IMG/VR virus record: IMGVR_UViG_3300035698_026482
Location: 118,841 to 182,840 of that record
Length of the DNA stretch: 64,000 bases
Strand: one strand, 5' to 3'
Source: a virus
Shown here: positions 31,308-40,320 of the stretch, in pieces
Numbering within the stretch: position 1 is the first letter of the stretch
How the letters are laid out: every line of letters begins with the position of its first letter
The notes under the pieces: generated by a model
The model's input: the letters and a program-made list of their open reading frames with translations, nothing else
Databases searched by the model: none
What the model was told of the DNA's origin: nothing
Position numbers and translations under genes: made by a program

Positions 31308-32251
31308 TTGATAATAAGCTCCGCGTATTTTGAAGCAACATCTTCAACTCGATTATCATACATCAACGCTGCCTGTTTAAACACGTCATACTCGGTAACA
31401 ACTCTTTTAATACATGACGTTGCGGATGTCACATCCCATCCTTCGAAATTAATTCCGTATGACGAACAGTATTCCGCTATGCTGCCGCCTGTATTAGAGT
31501 AAACGACAGGTAAGCCTGAGGCTAGTGCTTCCAGCACATGATTTGCACCTGCCTCTTCCATTGATGCAGTGAGATAAATATCGTGCTTTGGTAACTCCCT
31601 AGCAAGATCGACCGCCGACATCGGTTTAATGTGGTTTTTAAACGTTATGCCTGTCGGTGTTCGTCCAATATACGTGAACTCAAATTCTTCAAGATCATCG
31701 AGTTCTTTGTATAGCTCAAAGCCTTTTTTGGGATTATCAGACCAATGGTGTGTAACCACTTTAATCTTTCTATTGCTTCTCAGATCCTGCTCACTTTTGC
31801 GGTGATCATAAAAAACGGACATTGGACCATTCGGAATAATATCGAACTCCTTATTTGCAAGCTGCATCGCGATATCGCTGTGTTGCGCATGAATAGCTGT
31901 TGTGCAAAGATATGCTAGTGCCCAATGACTCGGGAAAATAAGACGATCTGATCTAGGAAGTTGATCCCATAACATCTCTGTAAGCTTTTGTTTGCCGTGT
32001 GAACCAACATCGCCAACGCGGTTGATTAAACGACACCCGCTGTTCATATCTCGATATTTGATAATATCTTCACCGGATTCGCCCCAGGGTGCGGGGCGTG
32101 GATCAAAGCAAACAAGTACGTCAATGCCAGGTTCAAGACGGTGCACGACATTGTGGTCAGCAGATACAAGCTGATCGATAAGGGCGTTAACCAACTTGAC
32201 GCCGCCGCCCCATGGACCAGCCTTAGATTCACGATTTAGGTAGATTTTCAC
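31304..32251 (-). CDS. Glycosyltransferase, GT4-like
   Basis: WSDNPKKG; ASMEEAGANHVLEALASGLPVVY. Confidence 0.88.
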   Translation of the reverse strand: MKIYLNRESKAGPWGGGVKLVNALIDQLVSADHNVVHRLEPGIDVLVCFDPRPAPWGESGEDIIKYRDMNSGCRLINRVGDVGSHGKQKLTEMLWDQLPRSDRLIFPSHWALAYLCTTAIHAQHSDIAMQLANKEFDIIPNGPMSVFYDHRKSEQDLRSNRKIKVVTHHWSDNPKKGFELYKELDDLEEFEFTYIGRTPTGITFKNHIKPMSAVDLARELPKHDIYLTASMEEAGANHVLEALASGLPVVYSNTGGSIAEYCSSYGINFEGWDVTSATSCIKRVVTEYDVFKQAALMYDNRVEDVASKYAELIIK

Positions 32252-32466
32252 TCAGGAATCCTTCTGCTACTAAATGCGTGGGCATCTATCGTCCAGTATC
32301 TAAACGCGCCTGAAGATGATTTTGGATGCAAATCATTTAGCAAACAATCTTTTCCAACAATCATGACCCTTGGGATATATTGGATAGCTCCGCCTCGCGT
32401 TGCTGTCGTGAACATCGATATTTCACCAAGTATCTGATCCCTATTTTGAATTTTAATATTGGTCAT
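32248..32466 (-). CDS. Small hypothetical protein
   Basis: ORF in operon gap, ATGA overlap at 3' end; start uncertain. Confidence 0.4.
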   Translation of the reverse strand: MTNIKIQNRDQILGEISMFTTATRGGAIQYIPRVMIVGKDCLLNDLHPKSSSGAFRYWTIDAHAFSSRRIPE

Positions 32467-32482
32467 GAAAGTATATACGCAT

Positions 32483-33208
32483 TCATGATTGTGCAACGAA
32501 CCCTCTTGCGCGAATGAATGCGACGTTATTAACTTGTTCAACTTCAGATCCAGCCCGTTGATTTAACGGAATAGAAACACTATCCATCTTATAGAGGTAA
32601 CATGGTTTGTTTATGAAACCGCGTTGACGACCAACGTGTAGTAAAGGCAGCATTAAGGCCTGATCATAAGCACGATGGAACCATTCGCCATTGACATCTT
32701 TAAAATTTTCATCAGATACTTCCTTCAGTAATGATGCCCTAAACGTGCGAAAATGAGATGAGCACCACGGAAATTCATATGGATCAACTTTTTGAGGCAT
32801 TGGCCTTGAAACGTTCATATCTTCTTTAATATCCCATTGATGTGCCGTCCATAATACGTCAACCTCTGGATTCTCTTCATAGCCAGCCAGAACCCATCTC
32901 ACGACCTCACTGGTGGTCAGCTGGTCGTCCCCATCTACTGTACCAATGATGACATCATCACGATCTTGAAACTCTCTGGCGACCTCTATGATGTTCCTGA
33001 GCGCCCAGCGCCTTTCTGTCTGGAAACGAACCTCACGCAAACCATCCGGACGCAGAACCACGTCCTGATCTACTCGTTTTTCTGGATCAGAACAATCATC
33101 AACGATAATATGACGCCAATGTGCGTCATCCTGAAGATCTACTGAAGCGCATAGATCCTTCATATTTTCGTTGGCATTGCGTGAAGGTGTAATGATTACT
33201 AATTCCAT
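32483..33208 (-). CDS. Glycosyltransferase family 2 (GT-A)
   Basis: VIITPSRN; IIVDDCSD; TVDGDD; AYDQALMLP. Confidence 0.88.
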   Translation of the reverse strand: MELVIITPSRNANENMKDLCASVDLQDDAHWRHIIVDDCSDPEKRVDQDVVLRPDGLREVRFQTERRWALRNIIEVAREFQDRDDVIIGTVDGDDQLTTSEVVRWVLAGYEENPEVDVLWTAHQWDIKEDMNVSRPMPQKVDPYEFPWCSSHFRTFRASLLKEVSDENFKDVNGEWFHRAYDQALMLPLLHVGRQRGFINKPCYLYKMDSVSIPLNQRAGSEVEQVNNVAFIRARGFVAQS

Positions 33209-33214
33209 AACGAC

Positions 33215-33970
33215 CTACCAATCATAAGTGTACTCGGGACCAGGATCTGCAAAATCAGGATGACGTAACATAACCTGTCCATATTCCCGAGCTTCTTGCG
33301 CACGGTCATCATGAAAAACAAGACGATCCATAATAACTAACTCTTTTTCAAAGCCTTGGATTTCATCCACCATTCTCGCAACATCTATATTCTTATCCTT
33401 TTTAACGTCTGGTAAATGATAATCATCAAATACAACAAATTGTGTAAAACGATCCTTGACTAGTTCCCAATCGTTTAAAACACCCTGGTAAGTGTGATCA
33501 CCGTCGATGTACACCAGATCAAAATCACCCTCTAGTGTAGGAATAACATCTACAGACCTTCCTTGATGCATCTTGATTTTAGATAGCCATTCACCAGGAA
33601 AAATAGATGACATTCTTTTGATTTGTTCCTGGTCAAACTGCACGTCGACGGTTGTGATTTCTCCATCAATGTCTAGTTCATGCATTGTTTTTGCCGCAAC
33701 AGTTGACCAATACCCGCGCCCAAAACCAATTTCAAGAATTCGCTTAGGCCTATAACGCTTGATCATTGCAGTAGCAAGCATTCCCCGCTCGTAGTTCGGA
33801 CGAAAATAGCATCCAATTGATTTATACATCGAATTATCGCGTGTACGAGCCTTTTTTGCAGTATGCTCGCCAATCGCATCATAATCACCAAGAACTAAAT
33901 CTTCGATAGGGCAGTTTAGATCAATTAATTTTGACTTAATGTCAACTGTTTTGATTTGTTTATTCGTCAT
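33215..33970 (-). CDS. Class I SAM-dependent methyltransferase (Methyltransf_24-like)
   Basis: ILEIGFGRGYW; DLVYIDGDHTY; VVFDDY. Confidence 0.88.
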   Translation of the reverse strand: MTNKQIKTVDIKSKLIDLNCPIEDLVLGDYDAIGEHTAKKARTRDNSMYKSIGCYFRPNYERGMLATAMIKRYRPKRILEIGFGRGYWSTVAAKTMHELDIDGEITTVDVQFDQEQIKRMSSIFPGEWLSKIKMHQGRSVDVIPTLEGDFDLVYIDGDHTYQGVLNDWELVKDRFTQFVVFDDYHLPDVKKDKNIDVARMVDEIQGFEKELVIMDRLVFHDDRAQEAREYGQVMLRHPDFADPGPEYTYDW

Positions 33971-35948
33971 CGGTATCATCCTCAACAATGTCAAATGAGT
34001 TTCTTTCAATCCATTCCACCATTAGCGTGGGATGCGATTGTTTACACGCAATGTGCGGAGTTTTTGCTTCAAATTGAACCTTTTTATGAAAGATCCATCC
34101 CCCCATTTCGTCCTCGAGCCGTGCGGCCATCGCTTCGATATCATCGTCGCTTACATCAGTCCATGCTTTATCAAAAAACATATTATTCTCCGGGGTATCG
34201 GCTTGTTCAACATTATACATGCTTTCCCAAAAACGGCCCCAGTAATTCTGATAGCTTTTTATCTTGCGTCCAATATTGAACCACGAATAATGGTGAACGC
34301 CAGGAAGATTACTCGCAACTTCATTGAACCATCCTTCATAATCTGCTAATGCCGATTCATCTTCTTCTTGGATAGCGCGTTGTCTTACATTTTCAACTTC
34401 TTGCGTATAAAAATTCATGTATTTAACGCGGCTGTAATCATGCAACCAAATCGGATCGCAGCTGTCTGTGCCTTGTGCTGCAAAGAGTTTGCCATCTTCA
34501 TCATATTTGCGCAATTCACGAGGCACACCATGTGTTAGACCAGGCTTATTTCTGCTGAGTCGCCATTTCCAATTGTGCACGTCACAGCGGACCTTACCGG
34601 CCGACCCCCAATATTCAATAACTGGCAAGCAAAGCAAATCAACATTTTTAGGAAAGTGCTTAATCAGACGAGCAATCTTTTCATAATCCTCTTCATGAAC
34701 GATTTCATCTGAATCTTGTTGCCAGCAAAAGGCTTGTGTACATAATGATCTTGCAAGTGCTTTCTGGCGGCCGTCAAAATTTATTGCCCAACGCTTTTCA
34801 TTACGATCGCGTCGACATTGATAAATTTTGAGATTATCATGTGCAGATGCAAGTTGCTGCAACTCTTCCCATGTTCCATCATCAGAGCCTGCATCAACAA
34901 CCACAACTTCCTCACAAAATCCTGCAAGGCTCATAATTGATTCAACGAATGGATAATCGTTTGTTAAACAATTGTACGTCGTCGTATATCCCGATAACGT
35001 AACATTATCTTCACCCATGTCGGAATAAATGCCGTTCCAAAATCTATCTCTAGCCATATAGAGATACGATTCTAGTGTTAACATATCGCGCGTTTCAAAC
35101 CATTCTTCCTTAGCATGTTGAACATTATCGTTCAGCGCAAGATCACATCCAAGTAACTTGGCTTCAATTGTCATTCTAGGACAGGTATCACCGCCTTGAG
35201 GCAGATATACGAATCCTTCTGCTTGCGCCATTTTTTCTAAAACTTCTGAATAAGGTACTTGCCACAGAGTCTCGAATGTTTTACCATTCGCGGCACACCA
35301 AGCCTCGGCGGCCTCGGTCCCTTTAACCCATGAAGTAGAACCTAATACAAGCCATCCCTGACGTTGCTGGTCTTTATACTTTTCACGTAAGATCTTTACC
35401 GCCGCTAGCGTTGCTTCATCAAAAACCGAAGATAATACAGTCGATGCTTTTTGTTGAAGAAACGGAAATAACGATGTGTAATGTGCCTGTTGACTTTCTG
35501 ACATCCACCACAATGATTTCGCGCCAGCAAAGAAGGCTGATACCCACTTTCCATGGTTTTCTTGGTGACAATCACAAGGCTTGCCTTCAATTGATGCATG
35601 TTTTTCAGGCGAGCGATAACGACAATATTTGTAATCGTATTCTAAAATAGAATAGCTGAGATTTGCAGAAATAGCAGGGATCAATTGCATATCCAGACTG
35701 GCAAAATTGCCAAATATCCAGAATTTCTCGTGACCTTGCTCTAGAAGCTTCATCGTTACATCCTTTGAATGAAGCTTAAAGATCTTGAATGGGCTTGACC
35801 CAATTAATGCCTCAGTTGTCAATTCAGCACCTCCATACGGATAATCTTCAACAAACATGTCAGCTACGAAGATTACATCTGCATCCTGAGGAATGCTAAT
35901 CGGTGCCTTAAATCCGAAAGGCGAAGGTGTTGCTAGGTTATATTGCAT
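33960..35948 (-). CDS. Two-domain glycosyltransferase (GT-B-like N-terminal + GT2 C-terminal)
   Basis: N: GGDTCPRMTIEAKLLGC; C: VVVVDAGSDDGT...CWQQDSDE. Confidence 0.85.
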   Translation of the reverse strand: MQYNLATPSPFGFKAPISIPQDADVIFVADMFVEDYPYGGAELTTEALIGSSPFKIFKLHSKDVTMKLLEQGHEKFWIFGNFASLDMQLIPAISANLSYSILEYDYKYCRYRSPEKHASIEGKPCDCHQENHGKWVSAFFAGAKSLWWMSESQQAHYTSLFPFLQQKASTVLSSVFDEATLAAVKILREKYKDQQRQGWLVLGSTSWVKGTEAAEAWCAANGKTFETLWQVPYSEVLEKMAQAEGFVYLPQGGDTCPRMTIEAKLLGCDLALNDNVQHAKEEWFETRDMLTLESYLYMARDRFWNGIYSDMGEDNVTLSGYTTTYNCLTNDYPFVESIMSLAGFCEEVVVVDAGSDDGTWEELQQLASAHDNLKIYQCRRDRNEKRWAINFDGRQKALARSLCTQAFCWQQDSDEIVHEEDYEKIARLIKHFPKNVDLLCLPVIEYWGSAGKVRCDVHNWKWRLSRNKPGLTHGVPRELRKYDEDGKLFAAQGTDSCDPIWLHDYSRVKYMNFYTQEVENVRQRAIQEEDESALADYEGWFNEVASNLPGVHHYSWFNIGRKIKSYQNYWGRFWESMYNVEQADTPENNMFFDKAWTDVSDDDIEAMAARLEDEMGGWIFHKKVQFEAKTPHIACKQSHPTLMVEWIERNSFDIVEDDTDDE

Positions 35949-36136
35949 ATGTCCCCAACAGCATCATACAGTAAGTTTCCCTCAGGGTACACTGTAAAAT
36001 TAAGTCTGGCGTCTTACCATGATAAAAATAATTCTATACATTTATTCTGGAACGTATACTATTAGAAAGGGGGCTTGGCGGAAGAGGGGGCCAACCAGGG
36101 CGAGACAGGGTGCTAAAAAGGTCTTCCAAACCGGGC

Positions 36137-36246
36137 GGGAAGCTAGGCGAAGAGCACTGCGGGGCAGGGAGAAGATGGGAAGCTAGGCGAAGAGCACTGC
36201 GGGGCAGGGAGAAGATGGGAAGCTAGGCGAAGAGCACTGCGGGGCA
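36137..36246. repeat. Non-coding 40-bp tandem repeat, 2.75 copies
   Basis: GGGAAGCTAGGCGAAGAGCACTGCGGGGCAGGGAGAAGAT at 36137 and 36177, first 30 nt again at 36217. Confidence 0.95.
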
Positions 36247-36317
36247 AGACGGAGCTAAGCAAATGAGGACGCCGATATTTCACCAGCGTCCGCATGAGGT
36301 TCGGGTCCTAAGCCATA

Positions 36318-37679
36318 TTAAAGAATTTTGGCTGCAAGCGTCGCCAATTCACTACGTTCACCCTTCATAAGGGTGATGTGGCCGGCGATTGACTCATCTT
36401 TAAATTTCTCGACGGCGTATGTTAACCCATTGGATAGTGGATCAACAAGATTATTATCAACCTGTTCAATATCACCCGTCAAAATAATCTTAGCGCCTTC
36501 GCCGGCACGAGTGATGATTGTTTTTAATTCATGAACTGAAAGATTTTGTGCCTCATCGATGATGATGAATGCATTTGCCAACGACCGTCCACGAATATAT
36601 GTGATTGCTTCAACCTCGATGAGGCCCTTTTCAATCCACATATCAAAAATATTCTTGTCTTTGTTTTGGTTGCCAAGTAAGAATTCAATATTATCATAAA
36701 TCGGTTGAACCCAAGGATCCATCTTTTCCTGTTTGGTTCCTGGCAGGTATCCGATATCGCGTCCGACGGGCTGGATTGGTCTCGTTATGATTAGCTTTCT
36801 ATAAGTTTTTGATTCAAAAATCATGTCCAAGGCAGCTGCCACAGCCAATAGAGTTTTGCCTGTGCCAGCTGCACCAACTAGCGACACCAATTTTACTCGA
36901 TCATCGGTCAGCAACTTAAGCGCCAAACGCTGCTCAAGATTCCTAGGCGCAACACCCCAAGCCTTTTTGTGCGTATCATTAACGCGCCAAAGCATATTAC
37001 TGTCTTCTGGATCTAGACGATATGCGCATTCCCCATCAATAAGAAATTCGTTGGGTTTAGATTCTAGAACTAAATCATAATCGCGAATATCAACTGAGCG
37101 TTCCTCAAGAAGATCATCCTTCACATTTTTTGGAAGCTCGATCTCCTTAACACCTGTATAAACATCTGACGTATCGGCAGCCACCCTAAAACGAAGGTAA
37201 TCCTCACACTCCATACCGATAACATTGCACTTTATGCGCATGTTAATGTCCTTTGTGACAATTCTGACGTCTAGATCTTCTTTATCCCTCAGACCAACAC
37301 CAACGGCGATAATCATGTTATCAGGATGACGATCATTTAGTTCATCTGGCAACACACCAACGAACTCCTCAGTAGACATTACTCGTACTGTACCCCCGCC
37401 GGGTAACTTAACGCCTAGCTTAAGTGATCCCTGGATTCGTAATTCATCTAGACTGCGACATATCTGCCTAGCATTGGCCCCGACAGCATCAAAGCGATCT
37501 TTCTTGGTATCAATTTCTTCAAGCACAATCATCGGAATGACGATATCATTATCGCCAAACGCAAATAACGCTTGCGCGTCTTGAAGAAAGACGTTCGTAT
37601 CAATAACAAACGTTTTATTGTTGGCAACTGAACCGCTCTTTGCAGTCCGCTTATTTTTTTCTGATTGGGTTTTCACCAT
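36318..37679 (-). CDS. phoH: PhoH-family ATPase with N-terminal PIN domain
   Basis: FVIDTNVFL (PIN), PDNMII, TKDINMRIK; GAAGTGKT Walker A; YIRGRSL; IIDEAQN; LTGDIEQVD. Confidence 0.95.
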   Translation of the reverse strand: MVKTQSEKNKRTAKSGSVANNKTFVIDTNVFLQDAQALFAFGDNDIVIPMIVLEEIDTKKDRFDAVGANARQICRSLDELRIQGSLKLGVKLPGGGTVRVMSTEEFVGVLPDELNDRHPDNMIIAVGVGLRDKEDLDVRIVTKDINMRIKCNVIGMECEDYLRFRVAADTSDVYTGVKEIELPKNVKDDLLEERSVDIRDYDLVLESKPNEFLIDGECAYRLDPEDSNMLWRVNDTHKKAWGVAPRNLEQRLALKLLTDDRVKLVSLVGAAGTGKTLLAVAAALDMIFESKTYRKLIITRPIQPVGRDIGYLPGTKQEKMDPWVQPIYDNIEFLLGNQNKDKNIFDMWIEKGLIEVEAITYIRGRSLANAFIIIDEAQNLSVHELKTIITRAGEGAKIILTGDIEQVDNNLVDPLSNGLTYAVEKFKDESIAGHITLMKGERSELATLAAKIL

Positions 37680-37717
37680 TCCGTTGAACAACCTTTGAAT
37701 AGGATAGTACGATCATA

Positions 37718-38023
37718 ATGAGCATGTCAAACAGCCCACCCGATGTACCCATTGAACGCCTTAAACGAGGTAGCACTTGCTTTGCAGCACATGCAAAGCA
37801 TGGAGTTGCCTGTCAAAAATCCAGCTGTCGCATGTGGGTTAATAGTGAGTGCCATCAAAATTGTACTCTTCTAGCGGTCGCGAATCATCGTGGCAGTAGC
37901 ATGACACTCCAGCAAATTGGAGATATACATGGTCTGACGAGGATGCGCGTTTGTCAAATTGAGAAACGTGCGATCACAAAAGTGAAAAGCGCTATTTCTG
38001 TTGATGACCAAAAAGCGAGTTAA
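37718..38023 (+). CDS. Cys-rich protein with sigma-70 region-4-like HTH
   Basis: C/H-rich N-half; MTLQQIGDIHGLTRMRVCQIEKRAITKV. Confidence 0.75.
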   Translation: MSMSNSPPDVPIERLKRGSTCFAAHAKHGVACQKSSCRMWVNSECHQNCTLLAVANHRGSSMTLQQIGDIHGLTRMRVCQIEKRAITKVKSAISVDDQKAS

Positions 38024-38403
38024 GCCTTCTTTTTGCTGCCTTTTTTGATTTGCTTTTTGGCTTTAGGTTTTTCGCTAATAGCGTCTGCCTTTGGCTCAAG
38101 CATATCATTTTTATTCTCTGATTTAGGCGCGGTGTATAACTGTTCGACATCTAGATCATCTAATGTCTCGTCTTCGTCTACATCATCACCAAGATCATCA
38201 TGTTCATCTAGATCAATATCTAATGACTCATCATCGTTGACTGCTGGGACTTCATCAACAACTCCATCGACACGCCTGGCTCTAAGGCGTTGTCCTGCTG
38301 CATACAGTGCTGCATCATTCACAGTACCCTTATTTGGGTCCAACCCAAGGCGTTTAGCCTCTGCTACAATTATTGCTCGTCGATTTCTAGACATCTTGGT
38401 CAC
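38020..38403 (-). CDS. Acidic/Lys-tailed hypothetical protein
   Basis: 127-aa ORF with D/E-rich middle and K-rich end. Confidence 0.55.
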   Translation of the reverse strand: MTKMSRNRRAIIVAEAKRLGLDPNKGTVNDAALYAAGQRLRARRVDGVVDEVPAVNDDESLDIDLDEHDDLGDDVDEDETLDDLDVEQLYTAPKSENKNDMLEPKADAISEKPKAKKQIKKGSKKKA

Positions 38404-38644
38404 TTTTCCGTTCGCCGCCTCTTCGCTTATCTATCGCGACTGAGGACATTAGCAAATCATGTGAGTACTTTTTCAAAAGTCGCAAGCCGCGACGTGATCT
38501 AAGGCCTGCAGAGGCGTTACCCTTGATAGCGTTCTTTCGAACGTCGATGTCCATGGTCTCGATTAACATGCGAATTTCTTCCCATCTATCAAGTAGCTCA
38601 CGGCTCTCGGTGTTATCATGCGCATCGGTCATATTCAAATCCAT
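38387..38644 (-). CDS. Histone H1-like (Hc1-family-like) small protein
   Basis: KNAIKGNASAGLRSRRGLRLLK resembles the GNKAAGxRARK motif of Hc1-family proteins. Confidence 0.6.
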   Translation of the reverse strand: MDLNMTDAHDNTESRELLDRWEEIRMLIETMDIDVRKNAIKGNASAGLRSRRGLRLLKKYSHDLLMSSVAIDKRRGGERKSDQDV

Positions 38645-38703
38645 CCTACAACACTAACTATACAGTATCTGGCAATCAGATACCATGAAGAATGGCAGGA
38701 ATT

Positions 38704-39393
38704 TTAAGAAGACTTCTTCGAGGACTTTTTTTGTGAAGAAGTCTTCTTTGCCTTCTTAGACTTTGTTGTAGCAATTTCTTTTGCCTGTAATGCTTCTGGA
38801 CGCTCATACAAAAGGCTATCTGCGATGCCCAACTCAATGCATTCTTGTGGTGTCAGATATTGGTCACCGCGACGCTCATTGATTTCTCTTAGACGTTCAA
38901 TAGAGGTTCCAGATTCAAATTCCATAGCGTCAAGCCATTGTTCTTCCTGACGTTCCATTTCCTTAAGCTCATGTTTAATTTCAAACACGTTTCCAGACAT
39001 ATTTCCCCACGCAGGATGAGTCATGACACGAGCATGAGGGGCTATTAGTCGTCTACCTTTTTCACCCGAAGCCAGAATCAGGACGCCTGCTGACATTACT
39101 TTTCCCATCGCAATAGTAATAATAGGACACGGTACGAATTTAATCGCATCGTATAGACTAAACATGGAATCAACAGATCCACCATACGTCTCGATTACCA
39201 GATAAATCGGTTGTATATGATTTCTTTTTGACATTGCAAACATTGCTGCAATAGCCTGCGAAACTGACATTTCTGAGACATCACCTGTGAAATAGATGAT
39301 ACGATCATCGTCTGATGAGACGGATGTTAACGACATTTCGTCATCTGAGTCTCGGTCGAAGGATGCTGTTGAGTCGCTTAAGGGTCTACCCAT
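38704..39393 (-). CDS. clpP: ClpP protease proteolytic subunit
   Basis: IETYGGSV; GKVMSAG (catalytic Ser); RVMTHP (His); YLTPQECIELGIAD. Confidence 0.92.
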   Translation of the reverse strand: MGRPLSDSTASFDRDSDDEMSLTSVSSDDDRIIYFTGDVSEMSVSQAIAAMFAMSKRNHIQPIYLVIETYGGSVDSMFSLYDAIKFVPCPIITIAMGKVMSAGVLILASGEKGRRLIAPHARVMTHPAWGNMSGNVFEIKHELKEMERQEEQWLDAMEFESGTSIERLREINERRGDQYLTPQECIELGIADSLLYERPEALQAKEIATTKSKKAKKTSSQKKSSKKSS

Positions 39394-39682
39394 TTGATTC
39401 TCCTGTTTCGTCTTGCGCCTTTGCAAGGTCCGCAAAAACCTTCTCTTTACCACCTAATAGATCGCCTACATCGGTGACAGTTAGTTCATCAATAACGTCG
39501 ACTAGACGTTTCATATGCTCAAAGCTTTCAAGATTTTCGGCCATAAGCTTGATTATTTGGTACTTCTGACGGTCAGTAATACCGAAGTCAAGTATTTCCT
39601 TGACAATTAATCTGCATTGCTTTTTTTCACGAATAAGTTTTTCTTCGTCGGTTTCACCGTAAAGTCTAATTTCATCGGACAT
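39386..39682 (-). CDS. Hypothetical protein
   Basis: 98-aa ORF with AGAGGT SD, overlaps clpP start. Confidence 0.65.
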   Translation of the reverse strand: MSDEIRLYGETDEEKLIREKKQCRLIVKEILDFGITDRQKYQIIKLMAENLESFEHMKRLVDVIDELTVTDVGDLLGGKEKVFADLAKAQDETGESNG

Positions 39683-39712
39683 ACTGACCTCTATGTTTAT
39701 TGTACAAATGAT

Positions 39713-40303
39713 TTAATCGGATGTTTCGTATTGAACTGCCTCACTGTATGGTGAGATTCCAAAGCGTTCAGGGCCGGAAATAGAGAGGAATTTGCCCGTC
39801 TGGCGACCATCGATGAGTTCACGGGTAATGATAACGTGCTGGTTCCATTGTTGTTCATCGATAATAAATTTCACATGTTCCCAGATCGGAAGTTCGCATT
39901 TATAGTCTTCAAGTAGACCAGCCAAGCGCTGAGGAAGGCTAATTGCAATATCCTCCTTAGTAATAACGCTGTGTGTGTCCTCGCTACCGTAAACAACCTC
40001 AGATTCACAAATGCCAATCACGTTATGAACAACTCCACAGAAATTGCATTGTGTATATTTTTGCTGAACAGAATCGTCTTCCAGTATAACAGAAAAAACA
40101 ATGAATTTATGGAAAACGGGATTATCGCTTTTCAAATACTGTGGAAGTATACATGTGCATTCAACAAGGTGTTGCACACCCATTTTGCCAGAATGTAGAC
40201 CAGCCTGTGATGGGCCACCGTTTAGTGTCGATTCAGGCGCAACATCTTTTTCAACTTCGATCTCTGCGACTTTTGCACTTATGCGATTCTTCTCTCTTGC
40301 CAT
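39713..40303 (-). CDS. Hypothetical protein with Cys motifs
   Basis: HLVECTCILP; QCNFCGVVH. Confidence 0.65.
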   Translation of the reverse strand: MAREKNRISAKVAEIEVEKDVAPESTLNGGPSQAGLHSGKMGVQHLVECTCILPQYLKSDNPVFHKFIVFSVILEDDSVQQKYTQCNFCGVVHNVIGICESEVVYGSEDTHSVITKEDIAISLPQRLAGLLEDYKCELPIWEHVKFIIDEQQWNQHVIITRELIDGRQTGKFLSISGPERFGISPYSEAVQYETSD

Positions 40304-40320
40304 GATCAATATGTATGCCT

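Noticed and set aside
36137-36246. CRISPR array
   Set aside because: Repeats are head-to-tail with no spacers and no cas operon; the lone Cas4-like nuclease at 17261 is a common stand-alone phage gene
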